Translations under genes and position numbers: made by a program
Shown: positions 25,250 to 37,939 of the stretch, in pieces
How positions within the stretch are numbered: the stretch's first letter is position 1
Layout of the letters: every line of letters starts with the position of its first letter
NCBI GenBank assembly: GCA_964016885.1
Contig: OZ024749.1
Coordinates: 23,436,001-23,500,000, forward strand
Origin: Eledone cirrhosa
Lineage: Eukaryota
Direction: 5' to 3'
DNA: 64,000 bases
Notes under the pieces: generated by a model
Database searches by the model: none
Seen by the model: the letters and a program-made list of their open reading frames with translations, nothing else
Told to the model about the DNA's origin: nothing

Positions 25250-26525
25250 TCCTAACGGTGACAAGGTGCTAGCCATAAGTTCCTTGGCAGTCCAAGTTGT
25301 CACATATAGCTTCGGTGTGTTGAACTGGAATATGAGTGAAATCAAAAGAATTGACACCAAAATCCGTAAGCTACTTACCTGTAATAGGATGCACCACCCA
25401 AACGCAGACGTGGATCATCTTTACCTTCCTAGAACTCAAGAAGGCCGTGGTCTGATCAAATTTGGACTTGCCAAATACCTTGAAACAACTAACGACTGTA
25501 TGCTGAAATTTGTTGAAAAGCATGAGAGAAGTAATAAGCTTAATTCTATCTTAAAGAAGAGCAAAATATATGCTACTGATCTCATGCTTGATAACCAGGC
25601 TGGGCAGACTAAAGAAACTGTTCCAACTGATGCTGCTAGGCACATAAAATCACAGGCAAAAGCAACAGGGAAAGGACAATTAGCATCAAATTGGGAGCAG
25701 AAATCTCTGCATGGTCAAAGCTTATTGACCAGGCCAAAGCTTATTGACCAGGCCAATGTGATGAGAAACGGAATAAACACAAAGTGTTGATTCTGCAATG
25801 CTGAGGTTGAAACAGTGGATCACTTAGTCTCTGGATGTAAAGTTTTAGCACCAGTAGAACACAAATATAGACATGACAGAGTTGACCAATATCTACACTG
25901 AGTAATATGTCGGCATTACAAAATCAAAGCTGAAGACAAGTGGTACAATCATCACCCTGAGGCTGTAATTGAAGGAGAAAAGTAACAATTTTCTGGGACT
26001 TTCCTGTACATACTGACAGGACCGTAAAAGCAAATAGACCTGACATCATTGTAGAAGATCAACATAACAAGGTTTGTTTATTGATAGATATGAGCATCCC
26101 ATATGATCACAATATCGCGACAAAAGAATTTGACAAGCTACGAAAATATAAAGATCTGCATTTTGAAATTGAGAAAATGTGGCACCTCAAGGCCGTTACA
26201 ATTCCAATGATTGTGGGGGGGACTGGGTATGATCAAGAAAAGAACAGAACAATATTTGCTATGATTCCTGTTTTACCCTCTCTGCACCAGGTGCAAAAAA
26301 TTGTTTTAACTGGTACTGCTGAGAAGAGCACTATCTCTCTAAGATTGATATCCCACCTTGTATTTACATATGCATAAGCACATGTATATATATGTATGCT
26401 GTTTTTTTATCTTTTTAATTATAATCAATGTGCTGTATTAACTGTCTTACCAATGCACACTGTTAATTTATTTGCCTTAGGTGTATATCTCAGAAATATA
26501 TATCAGAAACATATATCTCAGAAAC
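25250..26525 (+). mobile_element. 5'-truncated, degenerate R4/Dong-type LINE
   Basis: IDTKIRKLLT..HHPNADVDHLYLPRTQEGRGL; zinc-knuckle remnant, RHD, ANRPDII, IDMSIP..K..KYKDL. Followed by (TAA)n. Confidence 0.85.
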
Positions 26526-26569
<44 letters not shown>

Positions 26570-27465
26570 GGGAAGAAGACGCACGAGGTGGCGGAGGTCA
26601 TGAAATCGCTCCCGTAAGTTTTGAATTTTTAACATATTTAAATCATTTGTGAAATAACAACTCTTAGTACAAATGCTACGTAAAGCACCCGGCTTGAGCC
26701 CAAAAAAATTCGGACCCAAAATATATTGTTATAAGGCTCAAATATTCAAATATTCAACTTTGTATTGTACACTGTATATCCAAAAAAGAAAATGGCTATA
26801 AATGGAAGAAGACCCCCCCCCTCCTCTCATCTGTCTACACTATATAGAACAGCCAAACTCACCAACACCAGAAACTAGATACACCACCCACCTCATCACC
26901 TGTGTACACTAAACAGAACAGCCAGATAACGGCAATTTCACCACCACCGCTCACTACTGCCATCATTACCACCACTATCCCATCACCGCCGCCACCACTC
27001 CTTCACTCCTTCACTGCTACCACCGCTACAACACCATCACTACGGTAATACGACCACATCACCACCACCACTGCCTCGGTATCGACATCACCACCACCAC
27101 TGTCTCAGTATCGCTACCGCCGCCAGTCCTCCATATCTCCCAGCTGGCTGCTGCCACCACATTATAGAATTCCTACTACTAAAAAAGAGGAAGGCATCAA
27201 AATATATAGATAGACTCAAAAGAAAAAAGAAAAAACAAACAACAAAACCAAAGCAGCACAGCAACAACAGCAAAAAACGAGAAGAACAAACAGAGAAAAA
27301 CAAAAACAAAAAAAAACAAAAAAAAAAACGTAAAGAAAATAAGAATGAAGAGAGAAGCAGGCGGACGGACAGAGAAGAGGGGGGGGGGGAACTAAAACTA
27401 AAAAAACAAAAACTAAGTCAGACATTCGAACACTACATTACAATGAAACTTATGCTTATTAATTT

Positions 27466-30400
27466 TGGGGGCCCTTTCTGCCTGTGTGTTTGTTGTTTAT
27501 GTGTGTTCGTATACAGCGTGGTGATAATGCCACACAAGGGCCAAGTGGAACGGCGAATCCACAGATGGCTATGTAACCATACATTCGCCAATCCTCGATA
27601 AGAGTGTTTAAATATCGAACATAAACAGTTCGAATAACGGTGAAATGGAGACTAGAACGTCATGTGACAGACTCTCACCCAACAGGTGCCCCCTGGCTCA
27701 GCAGCAGGAACCTGACTGTCAACCAAATACTGCTGATGTTGGAGGAAGAAGACGAAGGAAAGGGGCCAGAACCGACTGGACGAAAGAATTGAATAGAACT
27801 GTTATGCAATGTTACCTGAAAAGTAACCCCAAGGAGAGGGGCTACAGGAGACGGATGCATAACATCTGGAATGAGATTGGTCTATTTAAATTAGATGAAC
27901 AAAAATTGGCCGGACAGGCTCGGGTAATAAGAACTAATGGGTGGATAAGCGAGCTGGAACTGGAGGAACTGAGCAGAGAGAATGGCTTGGAGATGGCGGG
28001 TGTAGTATGCCAGACATGCGAGCCAGTGGAAAATGAAGGTGAAGAGGTCCTGAGAACGGAGGAACCACCCGAAGCAGACAATGATCTGAATACTGAGATA
28101 AATAATACCTGGAACAGAGATACGGCCACTGAGGAGATGAATGCTGACGGGCTAGGACAAGAGGAGCCTTCACCAGTGCAACAATATCCTCAAAGCAACA
28201 GCAAATACGGTGAGGAAACTACTTGGTATAAAAGCGAGAGGAAACAACAGACAAGAAAGAGCAGAGCCGTGGTGGAAGAAACGAGTGAGTAGTCAAATCG
28301 GTGAAATGAGAAATGACATAGGAAAGCTTGAGTCACTACTGAATGGGACACTAAAAAACATAGGCACTAAAAATAGACTGAAAAATAAAGTACAAAACTA
28401 GGAGGAAAAAGCTAAATATTATCATAGAGGAACTGAAGCAACGCATTGTAGCAAAGAGACCAAAAATCAGGCGATACGAGAACAGAGTCAGTCAGTATAA
28501 ACAGAACCGCATGTTCGACAACAACCAGAAGATGCTGTTTGGACAGCTTGAGGGGAAAGAAAGAGGCAACGACTTGATCCCTGGGGCGGAGCAAACTAAA
28601 ACATTCTGGAGAGGAATATGGGAGCAGGATGTTAGACATAATGTCCAGGCAGGGTGGATTGAGACAGTACAGAGGGAGATCGGTGAGCAGGCACACCAAC
28701 AAACTGATTTGAGTATCACAGTTGAAACTCTTAAGGGGCAGGCCAAAAAACTAACCAACTGGAAATCACCAGGCCCAGATGGTGTGCAGGGGTATTGGAT
28801 TAAACATTTAACATCCCTCCACCCGAAGATGACGGCCATGTTCAATGACTGCTTGGTGTCGGGTGAGGTGCCAGAGTGGTTGACAAAAGGTACCATAGTT
28901 CTGATAATGAAAGACCGAATCAAGGGTAATGATGTTACCAAGTATAGACCTATCACATGTCTGTCCGTAATGTGGAAACTGTTGACGAGCATTGTGTCTG
29001 AGGAAATCTACCATCACCTCCACACAAACAACTTGTTACCGGACGAACAGAAAGGATGCCGAAAGAAGTCACGTGGTACAAAGGACCAGTTACTTATTGA
29101 TAAGATGGTAATGGGGAATTGCAGGAGGAGACACACTGATCTTGCCATGGGATGGATAGACTACAGAAAGGCATTTGACATGGTGCCTCATTCTTGGATC
29201 ACCAAAAACCTGGAGATCTTCAGGGTGGCAGATAACATCAGACAGTTGCTGGGCAGGAGTATGGGGTCCTGGGAGACAGAGTTGACATCAACTGGAGTAT
29301 CCTTGGGAAGCGTGAAGATCAAGAGAGGTATCTTCCAGGGCGATAGCCTGTCCCCTCTGTTGTTTGTCCTTGCCCTGATGCCCTTGACCATTATGCTGCG
29401 AAAAGTGAGAGCAGGATACAAGTTGGGAAAGGGAGAGCTTACCATCAATCACCTCCTCTTCATGGACGATCTTAAGCTCTTCGGGAAAAGTGAGAAGGAG
29501 TTGGGTGTGCTTGTTGACACTGTCCGTATTTTCAGCAGTGATATATGTATGCAGTTTGGTATTAGTAAATGTGGAGTCATTGTGATGAGGAGGGGTAGGT
29601 TGAGCAGAAGTAACGGGATCCAGATACCAACAGGTGAGATGATAAAGGAAATTGACTCTGAGGAAGGATACAAGTATTTGGGCGTTCTGGAGGCTGATGG
29701 CATAAAGAACAAAACAATGAAGGAATTGTTAAGAACTGAATACATTCGGAGAGTAAGGAGCGTATTGAAGTCACATCTGAACAGCAGAAATGCCATAAGC
29801 GCAGTAAATTCCCGAGCTGTGTCTATTATTAGGTACAGTGCGGGAATTCTGAGATGGAATGTTGCTGAACAAAAAGAAATGGATAGGAAGACTAGGAAGC
29901 TATTGACTATCTACAACATGTTCCACAAGAGGAGTAATGTCGATAGACTCTACCTGACGAGATCTGAGGGTGGAAGAGGTCTTATCAGCATAGAGGACTG
30001 TGTTCAGATGGAGAAAAACAACCTATACAAATACGTGACCTATAGTAAGGAGCCAATGCTCAGAACTGTACTGAAGGAGGGGACAGTAGGCCAGGGGATG
30101 TCCAAGGAGGAAATAACATCAAGGAGGAAGAGCAGCCTTAAGGGAAAATCCCTTCATAGTACCTTCTTTGAGAAAACTGAATTTAGAGATCCACAGACAT
30201 GGAACTGGTTGAGAAGAGGAGACCTCAAAAAGGCTACAGAAGGAATGCTAATGGCTGCGCAGGAGCAGGCCATCAAAACGAAGTGGTTGAAGCACCATAT
30301 TTACAAGGAGGAGGCTAGCCCACTGTGCAGGATCTGTGGAGAGGGAGAGGAGACCGTGGCTCACATTGTGTCCGAGTGTAAACACCTAGCCCAGACTCAC

Positions 30401-30970
30401 TATAAGAGCTGGAGACACGATGTGATGGGCAGGGTGATCCACTGGCACCTGTGCAAAGTAAACAATTTACCACATTCTGAGAAATGGTATGAGCATAGGC
30501 CAGAGGCGGTGATGGAGAACAATCAGGTGAAGGTGCTGTGGGATTTTAGGATACAGACGGACAAAAAACTGGAACACAATAGACCTAACCTGGTGGTTGT
30601 GGACAAAGAAAAAAGATCGTGTCTGATTGTGGATGTGGCCTGCCCTTTCGACACGAGAGTGCAAGAGAAGGAGAGGGAGAAAATTAACCGATACCAGGAC
30701 CTAAAGTGGGAGGTGAAAAGGATTTGGAACTGCCATGAAGTCAAAGTGATCCCGATTGTCATAGGCGCACTGGGGACTATCTCCAAAAGTCTCCAGGGAT
30801 TGTTAAAGAAAATCGGCCCCTTCACGCTTTTTGGAACGCTTCAAAAGGCATGCTTGCTTGGAACAGCAAGAACCCTCCGATACGTCCTGAATATCTGAGG
30901 CTGCAGGTAGTGGCTTGATATTCATTCCAACGGACTTTCCAGTTAACCAACATCAATGACTGAGATTCAA
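27466..30970 (+). mobile_element. Near full-length R4/Dong-clade non-LTR retrotransposon
   Basis: 5' leader, an N-terminal region (27645-28510) with two lesions, a long RT-RLE ORF, a short 3' UTR, then TAA-like repeats. Confidence 0.9.
28511..30898 (+). CDS. RT + CCHC zinc knuckle + restriction-like endonuclease (open portion of the R4/Dong ORF)
   Basis: KSPGPDG, YRPITCL, WIDYRKAFDMVPH, GIFQGDSLSPLLF, LFMDDLKL, CRICGEGEETVAHIVSEC, RHD, RP[N]LVV..VDVACP..EKINRYQDL. Confidence 0.93.
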   Translation: MFDNNQKMLFGQLEGKERGNDLIPGAEQTKTFWRGIWEQDVRHNVQAGWIETVQREIGEQAHQQTDLSITVETLKGQAKKLTNWKSPGPDGVQGYWIKHLTSLHPKMTAMFNDCLVSGEVPEWLTKGTIVLIMKDRIKGNDVTKYRPITCLSVMWKLLTSIVSEEIYHHLHTNNLLPDEQKGCRKKSRGTKDQLLIDKMVMGNCRRRHTDLAMGWIDYRKAFDMVPHSWITKNLEIFRVADNIRQLLGRSMGSWETELTSTGVSLGSVKIKRGIFQGDSLSPLLFVLALMPLTIMLRKVRAGYKLGKGELTINHLLFMDDLKLFGKSEKELGVLVDTVRIFSSDICMQFGISKCGVIVMRRGRLSRSNGIQIPTGEMIKEIDSEEGYKYLGVLEADGIKNKTMKELLRTEYIRRVRSVLKSHLNSRNAISAVNSRAVSIIRYSAGILRWNVAEQKEMDRKTRKLLTIYNMFHKRSNVDRLYLTRSEGGRGLISIEDCVQMEKNNLYKYVTYSKEPMLRTVLKEGTVGQGMSKEEITSRRKSSLKGKSLHSTFFEKTEFRDPQTWNWLRRGDLKKATEGMLMAAQEQAIKTKWLKHHIYKEEASPLCRICGEGEETVAHIVSECKHLAQTHYKSWRHDVMGRVIHWHLCKVNNLPHSEKWYEHRPEAVMENNQVKVLWDFRIQTDKKLEHNRPNLVVVDKEKRSCLIVDVACPFDTRVQEKEREKINRYQDLKWEVKRIWNCHEVKVIPIVIGALGTISKSLQGLLKKIGPFTLFGTLQKACLLGTARTLRYVLNI

Positions 30971-31122
30971 GGAATAACAACAATAATAATAATAATTATA
31001 ATAATAATTATAACAATAATTATAATAATAATTATAACAATAATAATAATTATAACAATGATAATTATAATAATAATTATAACAATAATTATAATAATAA
31101 TTATAACACTAATTATAACAAT

Positions 31123-34100
31123 AATGAGATCGTAAATGATAAAGAAATGAATGAGAATGAACTTGCCAACTTGAAGGATGAAATTATGATCGAATGGATG
31201 AAAATGAAAGAATCTGACATGTGGGAACGAGACACCCTCCCTAAGATCCAGAACTCCAAACAGAACCAAAAGATAATACACAAGACTAAGATAATTCTCA
31301 AAAACATTATCATCACAAACAAACTAAACATTACTGACTTAAATCATCTCTATTATGCATCGGCTAAAGTCACCACTCACTTATGTGGAGTGAAGAGGAA
31401 AAAACAAAGGAATTCCCACAAGAAATCTACTTGGCAAGATAACATCAATCGCCAAATAAACCTTCTCCGATCTGACATAGAAATTTTAACAAACTATAAA
31501 GTAGGTGAACATGTTAAACAAACTAAACTTAGAAAATTGAAAAAAAAGTACAGTATAAAATCAACATGTGACATAGACATGCTGATAGAAACAATCAAGC
31601 AAAAAGTGTCGGCCAAAGCTGCTCGTATAAGGCGCTTTGAAAAACGATCTAGATTCTATAAGGACAATACTATGTTCAAAAACAACCAAAGAAACTTCTA
31701 CAGAAAAATTGGTAAGTCAACAATAACTGCTAAATCAATACCACCCAAGGAGGAAGTGCAAGAATTCTGAGAAAAGATCTGGGCCGAAGAAAAAGTTCAT
31801 AACATACATGCCCCATGGATAGACAGACAAATGAAAGAAACAGCTCACCTTGAAGAACAAACATGGGAAAATATAACAGTTGAACAGTTGCGCTTGGCTC
31901 TAAGAAAAACCAGCAAATGGAAATCCCCAGGAAAAGACAAAATACAAAACTTTTGGAAAAATGCCTTCACAGATTCTCATGAGCTGTTAGCCCAACTTTA
32001 CAATGAAATAGTTAAGGAGCCAGAAAAGATACCATCATGGCTAGTTAACGGCATTACATTCCTGCTACCGAAGAATGATGAGACAAACAATCCCAAAAAT
32101 TACAGACCGATAACCTGCTTGACCACAATGTATAAAATTTTAACATCAGTCCTAACTGAATACACATATGACCACCTGATAACAAATGACCTATTTCCCA
32201 TTGAGCAGAAAGGGTGTAAACGAGGCTCATATGGCTGTAAGGATCAGCTTCTGGTTAACAAAATGATACTGGAAGATTGTCATAATAGACACAAAAATCT
32301 ATCGATTGCTTGGATAGATTATAAAAAAGCATTCGATAGTTTGCCACACAGCTGGATTGAAAAATGTTTAGATATTTTCAAAATATCCCCCGTTGTCAGG
32401 AGGTTTTTGTCATTCAGTATGAAGACATGGAGAACGACACTCCTTTTGAATAGTGAAACAAAATCACTGGAAGCTGGAGAAGTTAATATTAATTGTGGAA
32501 TTTTTCAGGGTGACTCTTTATCACCGCTTTTATTCTGCATCGCACTTATACCATTAAGTAAAATGCTCAATGAAACAAAACATGGATATAGAGTCTATGA
32601 CAAAACCATTAATGACCTGTTCTACATGGATGACCTGAAACTATTTGCAAAAAATGATGAACAATTGCAAGGGCTATTATCCACTGTGAAGCAGTTCAGT
32701 GATGCCATTAAAATGGAGTTTGGACTGGATAAATGCGCCAAAGCAACGTTCACCAGAGGAAAGCAGCTGAAGAGTTCAGACATTAAAATTGATCGAGGGA
32801 ACGTGATAAGAGATCTTGATCAACTTACAAATATCTAGGTGTTTGTGAAGGAGACGGAATCAAGCACTCGACAATGAGGGAAAGGATAAGGAAGGAATGT
32901 TACCGCAGAGTGAGAGCAATCTTAAAAACGGAATTGAATGCAAGGAATAGGATCGATGCCATAAACACGCTTGCCATACCAGTAGTAACCTACAGTTACA
33001 ATGTCATCAACTGGTCAAGCACAGAGATGCAAAAATTCGAAAATTCTTAACCATGCACATATTGCATCACCCTAAAGCAGATATAGATAGAATATATCTC
33101 CCTAGGAAAGAAGGAGGACGTGGATTAATCCAGTTAGACATTGCGTTGAAAACTGCAACAATTGGATTATCTACATATCTAAGGGAATCACATGATTGGA
33201 TGATCAAACTCGTTTTGAAACACGAAAGCATCAAAAGATCATATTCCATTACAAAAGATGCACAAAGATACAGTAATGAACTACAAATTTCAGAAGTCCC
33301 ATTTACTGCTGAAATGGAAAACACAGAAAAAGCAAAGCAGGTAAAAGTAACTGCAAAGAAAGAACTGCTACAGAAACTGGCTAAGAAATGGCAAGAATAG
33401 CCTCTGTATGGAAAATACCCAGAGCGAGCTAACAATCCTGATGTTGACAAAACTTTAACCCATCAGTGGTTGGCATCCTCTGGACTGAAATCGGAGACTG
33501 AAGGACTGATTATATCGGCACAAGATCAGTGTCTGCCAACAAAAAATTACCAAGCCAACATAATAAAAAATGGGTGCAGCCCATTATGCCGTGTATGCAA
33601 AAAACAACCAGAGACCATTGACCATATAATTTCAATGTGCAGTCCTATAGCTCCAACCGAATACCTAAACAGGCATGACAGAGCTGCACAATACATACAT
33701 TGGATAATGTGTAAGCATTTTGACCTGCCCCATCAAAAGAATTGGTGGGAGCATCAACCACCTCCCATACTTGAAAAAGATCACATCTCAATCTTGTGGA
33801 ACTTTAGCATCCAAACAGACCGAAAAATAGATGCAAATAGACCTGATATAATATTGAAGGACTTTCAAAGGAGGGTATGCCTGCTAATTGATATGTCTGT
33901 TCCAATAGACAAGAATGTATCTATAAAAACATTTGAAAAATTGAGCAAGTATAAGGACCTGGAGATAGAAATTGGAAAAATGTGGAAATTGAGAACTAAA
34001 ACAATACCAGGGGTTGTAGGCGCTCTGGGAATGATACCTAAGGGGTCTAACGACTACTTATCGCAATTCCCAGGAAACCCGCGTATAGGAGAAATACAAA

Positions 34101-34292
34101 AGATAGTACTAATGGGAACTGCCCATATACTAAGGAAGATCCTGTCAATATAAGTACATCACAAGTCTAAACACTAAGGATGCATGTGTGAATATGTATG
34201 TTCTTTCTTGAACATGGCGGACCTTGTTGTCTCATGAGGTCACTGGTTGTGACTTGGTGATAACTCGTATGAACATAAAGCAAGATAAATGC
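31123..34292 (+). mobile_element. Second, divergent R4/Dong-type LINE (pseudogenised)
   Basis: Motifs WIDYKKAFDSLPH, FQGDSLSPL, FYMDDLKL, CRVC..HIISMC, RHD, RPDII. Stops at 31768 and 33398 and frameshifts near 32825 and 33040. Ends at (TAA)n at 34294. Confidence 0.9.
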
Positions 34293-34316
34293 AAATAATA
34301 ATAATAATAATAATAA

Positions 34317-36634
34317 TGCTTTCTTTATTAACCACAAGGGTCTACATAAAGTAGACATTAAGGACAGTACAGGAGAATACAGGGCGGTACAAATGGGCAT
34401 TTCTGCGTGTAAAAAACAAGAAACAGAGGATGTAATAATAGAACAATGAAAAAATTCCCCAATAAAGAGGGAGACTTCCGAAAGACATTCCTGGAGAAAG
34501 CCAATTAAAAAGCCACTGCTTGTGGCCTCCTCAGGAAGCATGTCCTTATAAATCCTCCTGGAGAGTGCTTGTCGGAAGTCTCCGATGTCTTTGGGGAATT
34601 TTTGTTTTAGTGTCATGTACGTTTTCTGTGTGATGCGAGTGATTTGTATGTGTAAAGGTGGTGTGAACTTTTGGGTTGTTGTGTAGTCTTTTTCTGTGAT
34701 GCTGGTGTTGTGTTGGATGTAGTGTAATAATTGGTTGTTGTTCAAATTTAATGCTGTGTAGTGTGTATCGTTTTGGTTGTTTTGTTTTGTTTGCGTTTGT
34801 TGTGGGTTTGTTTCTGTTGCGCTATTTGGTGACTTGTGTGGTGTTGGTGATGGTGGTGTTGGGGTTAATGATGGTGATGGTGTTGGTGTTCGTGGTGATC
34901 GGGTTCGTGATGCTGCTGTGGATGGTGGCATATCTGTCCTAACTTTTTTGTTTGATAGTTTATTTGTTTCCCTCTGTATTTTGTTTTTGGAGGGGGAGGG
35001 AAGGGAATTTTTTACTTTTTTGGTTTCTTTTTTTCTTTTTTCCAGATACCGTTTCCCACTCCTCGTCGTCACAATCTGTCTCCAGTTGTGACAGGCTGGG
35101 GAGTGGAAAATCCTCCACAGGAGTTAGTTTTGGTTGTGGCGTGGTGGATGGTGTAGGCGCTCGTGCTAGTTCTGAATCGTTGGGTGGTGGTGGTGTTGGT
35201 TTTGCTACTGTTGTGGCGGTTGTTGCTGTTACAGTTGCTTCTGTTGTTGCTGCTACAGTTGTTGCTTACATCTCTGCTGCTGGTGGTGTTGATGGTTGAG
35301 TCACTGGGGTGGGTAGGAGAGGTGGCCTCAACCTTTTAGCCTGAGGGCAGAAAGCCCTTAGGTGGGTTCCATCACCACAAACGACACACCTAGGCCTTCT
35401 GCCCTCGACAATTATGTTGAGGTGGCTGCTGTCAGTGAGGTCTATATCCTCTGGGATCTCCTCAATGGTTTTTTGGTCCGCTTGAATCAGGAGCTCCATC
35501 CCCGATCCGGACCAGTTCTCCTGCTTTTCTTTCGCTATTTCTATTATCTTGGTGTTGGCTTCGATGCCGGCGAGGACGGCAGCTATTAGCCAGGGAATTT
35601 CGATGGCCGGTGGAACGTGGGTCACCCTGATCTTTACGAGTCTCTGGCCACAAGAGCTCGGGACGTGTGTGAAGTCGTCACTTCTGAATGGGGCTATGGA
35701 GTGTTCTCTAGCCCCCTCTGATGTCTCAAAGAACACGTCAACGGTTCCACACTTCTGCCCACGTCTGATGTGGGTTTTTCTTGCCCACACATGACCCAAA
35801 GCTTTTTGGATTTGGGACTCGGATGCCCGTTCCACTCGGCGCGATTTTACATTAATTGTTCGATAAGACACGGTGCATAGGCGCCGATGCTCCATTTTAT
35901 TAGGGGGGGAGGTGAGGCTGACCCTGTACCCATCTTTCTTTACCATTTTTTTCGCTTCTTCTAATTCCTCCTGGGTTATCTGAAATGCTTCGCACTGTTT
36001 TGCTACTTTGGCAAAACTCAGGGTGGTTTTCTTAATGTCATTGTTGCTGTTGTTTTTATCGTTATTTTTGTTATTAATTTTAGTTTCAGTTGTGGTGGGG
36101 TGGCGTCAGTGGTTTTCTGTGTGGAAGAGTTCATTTTGGTTGAATTCATTTCGACATCACGAGTTAATTTATTTTTCTTTTGTGTCTGTTGTCGCGGTGG
36201 TGGTGGGAGTGGTGGTTGTCGCGGTGGTGGTGGTGGCGGCTTTAACATCTGCAGTCATTGGTAATGGCGGGAAATGAATGTCTGCCTGAGACAAATTTAA
36301 AATATTGCTACTGCTTATATTTTTAGTGTTGGCAAACTTAGTAATATTTACAATGGTGGTGTCGGTGTGAGGTGTTAGTTTGTGAGGAAGGCTCTCAGTT
36401 GCTTGGTGCAGAGGTGAATCAGCCATGATTTTTGAAAAGAAATTTTTGATAATCATAAAAGTTTAAATTTTGTGCACAAGGCCCAAATCTTTTTGGGTGT
36501 CCTTTTCGGAAAACAATGTATCTGCGCTTATATACAGTTAACAATAAAAACTTTCCATAAATGGCAATTTTTAACAAACGAAAACAAGAAACCTTTGCGG
36601 AGCTCACGATGATACGATTTACTACGTAGGCCAC
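34317..36634 (-). mobile_element. RT-less element encoding a gag/ORF1-like CCHC protein, between (TAA)n runs
   Basis: ORF 35946-35266 has CVVCGDGTHLRAFC (CX2CX4HX4C), with Thr/Pro-rich flanks. AATAAA then (ATT)n at the 3' end, and (TAA)n on both sides. Confidence 0.65.
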
Positions 36635-37242
36635 CAATAATAATAATAATAATAATAGCTGCTATGTAGTTTTACTATGTGAAAATTCAGTAATAAAAGA
36701 GGATATATTGAAATTTAAAAAATAGAGGAGATAACGATTAAAATAAGGAAGGAGAGCTTGAATTAAAGAGGGAAAAACAATGATAATCAAAAGAGCTAGA
36801 AAGCGGAAAAGACATGAACAAATAAAAAGAAAAAAGGGAAGATCGAATGTAGTTATTTCCGAGGCATCGATAAAAGTTTGTGTAATGAAAAATGATGAAA
36901 ACATCAGCAAAGAAATAGTTAAGGAAGTGAGATAACATAATATGAAAACAGTTCTTAATAGAAATTGAATCGAGGAAGAAGCCGCTTGAGGTGGAGTGGC
37001 TGTAGCAGCGGGTGTCGCTGGCCATTGTCTGAGGAAATGCCTTTACGAATTTGCCTACTAGGGGGCGGGGAGTGGCCAATACACCCCTCTGATCTAGGTT
37101 TAGAGTCTGTTACCTTCTGTCCCTCCCTTTTCTTTCTCCCTTTTTTAACAGTCCTTGAACTTTCTCTCCCAACTATTCTTTCTTTTTCTGTATGTTTGAT
37201 CAATTTATGATTAAGATAAATACATATATATGGTCATGTACA

Positions 37243-37436
37243 TCTATATATTACTAAAACTCTGCGATTGCTTGCATGCTTGACTGTAATGTAATACACC
37301 CAAAAGGGCACATAATGGGAAGATAATTTGAAAGGAAATTGACGCTGAAATGGGAATACAATGGAATAAAACAAGTTTCGCATAAATCAGTGCACGAGTT
37401 TCCGAGATATGGGGGCTTTCCGGGTCCCTTCATAAA

Positions 37437-37479
<43 letters not shown>

Positions 37480-37882
37480 TGGTTGTGAGAGAGTAGGTTG
37501 AAAGAGAGACATAGGGAGAGGGAGAGGAGGGAGAAGGAGAATGGAAGAGAGAGAGAGAGATGATGTTGACGTGTATGTGTGTGTGTGTGTATATGTGTGT
37601 TTGTGTCTATGACCAGTGTATATAAATCAGAGACACCCACATATATATATATATATATACACACATATATATATATACACACATAGACATATATATATAT
37701 GTATACACACACACATTAATATATATACGTACACACACGTATATATATATGGGCCTTCCAGTTTCATTTCACATTATATACATGTCTGTATATTTTAATT
37801 ATTTAAACATTATTTTAATTGAACATGATTTTTAAAAAAACTTTTGAAATGAACGTGACCCAACGAGTCACGGGTGGTCTAG
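37243..37882 (+). mobile_element. Non-autonomous Helitron
   Basis: A|TCTATATATTACTAAAA ... hairpin CGTGAC-CCAACGA-GTCACG, a 6-nt spacer, then CTAG|T. Confidence 0.75.
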
Positions 37883-37889
37883 TGATGTA

Positions 37890-37938
<49 letters not shown>

Positions 37939-37939
<1 letters not shown>

